Part shown: one piece after another, positions 59,718 to 64,000 of the stretch
Layout of the letters: every line of letters begins with the position of its first letter
How positions within the stretch are numbered: position 1 is the stretch's first letter
Notes under the pieces: model-generated
What the model saw: the letters and a program-made list of their open reading frames with translations, nothing else
What the model was told of the DNA's origin: nothing
Database searches by the model: none
Made by a program: the position numbers and the translations under genes
NCBI GenBank assembly: GCA_045537595.1
Contig: JAZSPS010000003.1
Location: 19,035 to 83,034 of the forward strand
Length of the DNA: 64,000 nt
Direction of reading: 5' to 3'
Source: Eubacteriales bacterium
GTDB lineage: Bacteria; Bacillota; Clostridia; Oscillospirales; CAG-272

Positions 59718-60416
59718 TTATTTCTCCTTTTTCTTTTGACCGTAATAGGCGTTCGCGCCATGTTTACGGAAAAAGTGGCGGTTTAACAAGGTTTGCTTAA
59801 TCTTCCGCTCAGGTGCTACGGTCAAGCTGAGATATGCCATTTCCGCTGTTTTCTCCGTAACCAACGCGTTTTCCGCCGCGGATTTTGCGGAGCTTCCCCA
59901 TGTAAACACTCCGTGGGATGCCACCAAAACCGCAGGAATATGCATTGGATCCACTCCCTCAAAGGTACGCACAATCACCTTACCCGTATTCAATTCATAT
60001 TCTCCATTGATCTCCTCATCGGTCATATCAGGTGTACAAGGAATATCTCCGTAAAAATGGTCGGCATGGGTCGTTCCCAAGGCGGGAATCGGTTTATGTG
60101 CCTGCGCAAATGCGGTGGCGTAAATGGAATGGGTATGTACCACGCCGCCTATCTCGGGAAAGCTACGGTACAGCTCCAAGTGGGTAGGAGCATCCGAGGA
60201 AGGATTCAGCTCTCCCTCCACCACGTTTCCTTGCAGATCCATGACTACCATATCCTCAGCCCGCATAACATCGTACTCCACGCCCGACGGCTTGATTACC
60301 ACTAAACCACTCTCACGGTCGATCCCCGACGCGTTTCCCCATGTCAAGCTGACCAGCCCATAGTCGCGAAGTGATAAATTCGCCTTCAATACTTTCTCTT
60401 TTAACTGTTCCAGCAT
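59718..60416 (-). CDS. araD: L-ribulose-5-phosphate 4-epimerase
   Basis: Near-colinear with E. coli AraD: TWGNASGIDRE, VIKPSGV, PSSDAPTH, GGVVHTHS, GTTHADHFYG, and a C-terminal RKHGANAYYGQ. Confidence 0.92.
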   Translation of the reverse strand: MLEQLKEKVLKANLSLRDYGLVSLTWGNASGIDRESGLVVIKPSGVEYDVMRAEDMVVMDLQGNVVEGELNPSSDAPTHLELYRSFPEIGGVVHTHSIYATAFAQAHKPIPALGTTHADHFYGDIPCTPDMTDEEINGEYELNTGKVIVRTFEGVDPMHIPAVLVASHGVFTWGSSAKSAAENALVTEKTAEMAYLSLTVAPERKIKQTLLNRHFFRKHGANAYYGQKKKEK

Positions 60417-60443
60417 TTTCTTTCCTCCTTAAAACTAAAAGTG

Positions 60444-60472
60444 TTGACAGATCATTTCTTTTGTACTATAAT
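60444..60472 (+). promoter_or_regulatory. promoter of the DeoR regulator gene
   Basis: TTGACA, 17 nt, TATAAT. It lies 28 nt from the divergent araD start. Confidence 0.6.
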
Positions 60473-60565
60473 GATAATACATTGACAACAAAAAATCAAT
60501 ATATGGCGTATAATTAGGAAAATACGCACTTTTATGATTTAAAATGCGCAAATAGGAGCAACATT

Positions 60566-61276
60566 ATGAAAACAAACGAGCGTGAAGAAAAAATTTTGGA
60601 TATTCTGAGGGAGCAGCGCTTTGCCGCCGTTTCTGATCTCGCGTCTTCTCTTTACACCAGCCCCTCCAGTATTCGCCGTGATCTTACAAATTTGGAAAAC
60701 CGTGGCTTAGTACGTCGTAATTATGGCGGTGTTATGCTTCGTGAGGATGAGAATACAGCCCTTCCAATGACGCTTCGCATTGAGGCGCACAAGGCTGAAA
60801 AGAGGCAGATCGCCCGTCAGGCGTCGACTCTTTTGCGTGATAACACAACTATTTTTTTAGACGGCTCCTCCACTGTCTCCTATTTGATCGAATTTCTTAC
60901 CGTTCAGAAAAACATTACGGTCTTTACCAACAACCTTCAAACCGCCGCCGCGCTGATCGAAAAATCGGTTGACACCTATTGTATCGGCGGTCACTCGATC
61001 CGAAATTCTCCCGTTGTTGCCGGCAGCTATGCGGAGGACATGGTTTCCAATTTACATGCTGATATTTTTTTCTTTTCTTCTTTCGCTTTATCGGATGACG
61101 GCATGATATCCGACTGTACCCCTGAGGAAAATTCCCTTCGGAAGCGTATGCTGTCTTGCTCCGACTGCCGTGTTTTTCTTTGTGACAGCAGCAAATTTCA
61201 TCGCAGCGCGACCCACCGTCTCTGTACGTTAGATGAGGTGGATTATTATTTCTTTGACACGCCTCTTGTTCCCTAA
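60566..61276 (+). CDS. DeoR/GlpR-family transcriptional regulator
   Basis: N-terminal HTH (REEKILDILREQRFAAVSDLASSLYTSPSSIRRDLTNLE) plus a DeoR C-terminal sugar-phosphate sensor domain. Confidence 0.85.
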   Translation: MKTNEREEKILDILREQRFAAVSDLASSLYTSPSSIRRDLTNLENRGLVRRNYGGVMLREDENTALPMTLRIEAHKAEKRQIARQASTLLRDNTTIFLDGSSTVSYLIEFLTVQKNITVFTNNLQTAAALIEKSVDTYCIGGHSIRNSPVVAGSYAEDMVSNLHADIFFFSSFALSDDGMISDCTPEENSLRKRMLSCSDCRVFLCDSSKFHRSATHRLCTLDEVDYYFFDTPLVP

Positions 61277-61296
61277 AATACGATCCTTTTGAGCCC

Positions 61297-61983
61297 TTAT
61301 GCCATTCTCTCTTTAAAATACGCTTCGCCAAACTGAGCTAAGCTATCATACATTGGGGCATCCAACTTACTTAAGGCTTCCTTTGACTGATGTCCCCGTG
61401 TAACCAAGAAGCACTCTGCCCCTATGCTCCGCGCTGTTTCATAATCGTGATCGGTATCACCCAAAAAAATTGCCTTCGCACAGGGATGCTTTTTTCTCCA
61501 CTCTCGTGCCAATTCGATTTTTGAGACGGCATGGATATTATCCAACCCCAAAATCTCCTCAAAAAAGTCTTCTATTCCCAATTTTTGAAGCTGACCGCGA
61601 AGCATGGTCAATTCCGTGGCGGAAAGTATGATCTGTTTGATCCCTTTTTCTTGAAAAATGATCAGTGTCTGCTTTACATCACAAAAAAGCGTTGCCTTCT
61701 CTACCCTATTCAAATATTGCTCCACCCACAGGGGCGCGATTTTTTCATAGGGCTCTTTTTCAAAGTCAAATCCCAATTTTTCATAATATCGCTGAATGGG
61801 AAAGCAAAAAACCTTCTGATATTCCTCACGATTTTGGAGGCATGGCAAGCCGCGCGCCTCAAGCAATACGTTGACCGATTGGATTCCTGTTTCCACGTCG
61901 TCCAACAGGGTTCCGTTAAAATCCCAAATGCAGTATTCAGGCAGAGTTTTTTTCGCTTCTGTCTTTCCTTTTTTTATATTCAT
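61297..61983 (-). CDS. HAD-superfamily hydrolase with an atypical motif I (DFNGT)
   Basis: WDFNGTLLDD, SATE and GDTDHD motifs. Start at MNIKK, because the track start 62013 lies inside the upstream terminator loop. Confidence 0.7.
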   Translation of the reverse strand: MNIKKGKTEAKKTLPEYCIWDFNGTLLDDVETGIQSVNVLLEARGLPCLQNREEYQKVFCFPIQRYYEKLGFDFEKEPYEKIAPLWVEQYLNRVEKATLFCDVKQTLIIFQEKGIKQIILSATELTMLRGQLQKLGIEDFFEEILGLDNIHAVSKIELAREWRKKHPCAKAIFLGDTDHDYETARSIGAECFLVTRGHQSKEALSKLDAPMYDSLAQFGEAYFKERMA

Positions 61984-61992
61984 GCTTCCCCT

Positions 61993-62033
61993 ATAAAAAA
62001 CAAGCAGGCACATCCTCGGACGTCCTGCTTGTT
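61993..62033 (-). terminator. intrinsic terminator after the solute-binding protein gene
   Basis: AACAAGCAGG-n15-CCTGCTTGTT: a perfect 10-bp stem, followed on the minus strand by TTTTTTAT. Confidence 0.75.
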
Positions 62034-62046
62034 TTCTTTGTATAAT

Positions 62047-63825
62047 TTATTTTGCTTTTACAATTCCCTTTGCTACAAGCCAAGCCTGATAGGAGCATAT
62101 CAGCGATCCGCAATTTTTATCGCAGGTCGTTGTAACCGCTCCTTCCTCATCCAAATGCGTGGGAGAAAATTGCAGTGCAAGCACCTCACAAGCGGCGATG
62201 TCTGCCTGAGCTTGTGTTAAGAAGGCATCAAAATCAGTGCATACCAAATAGTCTGCCCAAATCTTTGCCGAGAGAGCTCGGATGGTCTGAAGGTGCTCGG
62301 TATTTACCACAAACTCATTATAAGTAGGTACAAATCCCAATGAAAGCTCAACCTTTGCGTCCTGGTTCTGCTTTCTACCGTAATCTCTGATATTTACCAG
62401 CTCTCCTTTTAGCGGATATGCCAAGAAGGTATTTCCGGTCTTTTTCTCATCCATTATATACGACTCATTCAGTCTCTCTGCTACCTTATACTTTTCACCC
62501 AAGGCATTCTCTTGTTCGCTCTCGATGATCCGATAATGCTCACCCTCGATACCGTAAAGGATCAAATTGCGGAAGTCCACGTTGGTGTTCAAGTAGCTCA
62601 ATATCTCCATACTGTCGGCGCTGCTTCGTGTATAAGAATTAACAGCAAACAGGTTGGAATAAAGCTCTTCCTCTGTAAGTCTGGGGGACTCAACCACGAT
62701 CATCTCATATTCGTCGCCGTACTGCTCTACAAGCTCGGCTCCGCCCTTTACATATCCGACCGCAAATTTCTTACCTTCTTCATTTGCGGTGGCATAGCAG
62801 CTCTCGTATCCCTTCAGAACCTCAAGATCATACAAAAAGTCGTCGTTCTCAAAGAGATTGCTCATCTCCGCGTATGCGTTGGTACCCAAATAGGTATCCG
62901 AATTATTAAAATAGTCGCCCAAGATAGAGAAAGCATCCGAAAGATTATTGTTCTCATCCACGCCCCAGAATTTCAAGTTTGTAAAGAGCATTTCTGTGCT
63001 TGTCATATTGGTATAAAGAGGAATATAATTTTCACGCATGGTGTTGTTTACGAAGTGGATAAAGTCCTCCGCATCCTCACAGGTCAGCGAGGTATACGCC
63101 GAAAAATCGGTCGTTCCGTTTTCGGTTCCGCGGTAAGCGGCTTTCAGGGCTTCCTTATTCAACAGCAAGTATGTATAGTCACCGATTGCCTGATTGCTGG
63201 GGAGTGCATATGTTCCGCCGTTTGCGGACTTCATTGTGCTTAAGAACTGAGGAGATACGTATTCCGTAATTACCTGAGACGCGCTTCCCAGCTCACTGTC
63301 CAAGGACAGCAGCAATCCGCGAGACATATACTCATTAAAACGGTCCACTCCGCCCAAGTAGAAAATATCCACCTGATAATCGGCAATGGTAGGATATTTG
63401 ATCTGAACCAATCCGTATTCATCCACGTATGTTTCATTTTCCTTCGCTGAATCTTCCGAATCCGTATTGTCTCTGTAAACATCCAATGTTCCGTTTGCCG
63501 CTGCCGCGTCTCTCGCGTCAAACGCAGCGTTCAATTTTCCGTAATACTCTTCTTCTGTATAGAAATAAAGCTCAAGATGTGTTCTGAACTTAGATTCCGT
63601 GATTTTATTTACCGCCTCTTCAATTTTATTGGCGGTTTCCTCGCTCACCGGAGCTTCAGACATTAAGTACATTGCCAAGGTTTCTGCTGCATCGGAAGCT
63701 TTCTCCGTAATATCCTTTGATGCTTCATCATCGCTTTTTTGCCCGCACGCCGTAAGGCATACACTCAGCAACATAACCAAGCTCAAAAATAGACAAACGA
63801 GTTTTTTATTCATGATTTTTTTCAT
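62047..63825 (-). CDS. large extracellular solute-binding lipoprotein (ABC-transporter SBP, carbohydrate type)
   Basis: Signal peptide plus lipobox (LSVCLTACGQ). The size (~590 aa) and composition are typical of LplA/family-1 oligosaccharide SBPs. GGGGGAAA RBS. Confidence 0.7.
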   Translation of the reverse strand: MKKIMNKKLVCLFLSLVMLLSVCLTACGQKSDDEASKDITEKASDAAETLAMYLMSEAPVSEETANKIEEAVNKITESKFRTHLELYFYTEEEYYGKLNAAFDARDAAAANGTLDVYRDNTDSEDSAKENETYVDEYGLVQIKYPTIADYQVDIFYLGGVDRFNEYMSRGLLLSLDSELGSASQVITEYVSPQFLSTMKSANGGTYALPSNQAIGDYTYLLLNKEALKAAYRGTENGTTDFSAYTSLTCEDAEDFIHFVNNTMRENYIPLYTNMTSTEMLFTNLKFWGVDENNNLSDAFSILGDYFNNSDTYLGTNAYAEMSNLFENDDFLYDLEVLKGYESCYATANEEGKKFAVGYVKGGAELVEQYGDEYEMIVVESPRLTEEELYSNLFAVNSYTRSSADSMEILSYLNTNVDFRNLILYGIEGEHYRIIESEQENALGEKYKVAERLNESYIMDEKKTGNTFLAYPLKGELVNIRDYGRKQNQDAKVELSLGFVPTYNEFVVNTEHLQTIRALSAKIWADYLVCTDFDAFLTQAQADIAACEVLALQFSPTHLDEEGAVTTTCDKNCGSLICSYQAWLVAKGIVKAK

Positions 63826-63922
63826 GATTTTTCCCCCTTGAAAACATTCCACCGCTCATCCCCTTTTGCTATTGAGGCAAAGCGGCAAATTATAAATAAA
63901 TACTTATACTTATACCTGTAAT

Positions 63923-63951
63923 ATTTTACACCGATTCACCAAAAATGTCAA
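63923..63951 (-). promoter_or_regulatory. candidate promoter of the SBP gene
   Basis: On the minus strand: TTGACA (63951-63946), 17 nt, TAAAAT (63928-63923). Confidence 0.55.
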
Positions 63952-64000
63952 GTGAATTTTTTGTGATGAAAAAGCGGTTTACTTTTTTTGCCATTGTTTT

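Overview
This is a chromosomal window from what looks like a spore-forming Firmicute (Clostridia-like; spoVAC, a CIRCE-controlled groESL, and extended -10 TGn promoters). About 90% is coding and most of it is housekeeping. There is a long minus-strand block (yebC, argS, recN, argR, nadK, tlyA, ispA, xseBA, nusB), followed by groESL, ychF-trmB-truB, pgsA-rimO, typA, mtaB, rpmB, tRNA-Gln, queA, and a lysine-riboswitch-controlled dapA-dapB. The accessory content is: (i) a four-gene CDP-hexose cassette (rfbF-rfbG-SDR-GT2) with a long AU-rich leader; (ii) a signal-peptide-less GH78 / GH127-like / TIM-barrel / GH78 glycosidase operon that ends in an unknown 2-TM protein; (iii) an araD plus G1P-dehydrogenase-like pair with a DeoR regulator and an orphan solute-binding lipoprotein; (iv) tandem MgtC paralogues; (v) an RR-HK-HtrA module; (vi) an Lnt homologue. 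I found no CRISPR array, transposase, integrase, phage gene or recognisable defence system. The best candidate for something undescribed is a 636-aa ORF downstream of mtaB. It looks like a catalytically degenerate FGAM-synthase (PurL)-like protein. The next candidates are the 2-TM protein ending the glycosidase operon and the pairing of a CDP-6-deoxyhexose pathway with a polyprenyl-phosphate-type GT2. All functional calls rest on motif recognition by eye and recalled family signatures. No database search or computation was possible.
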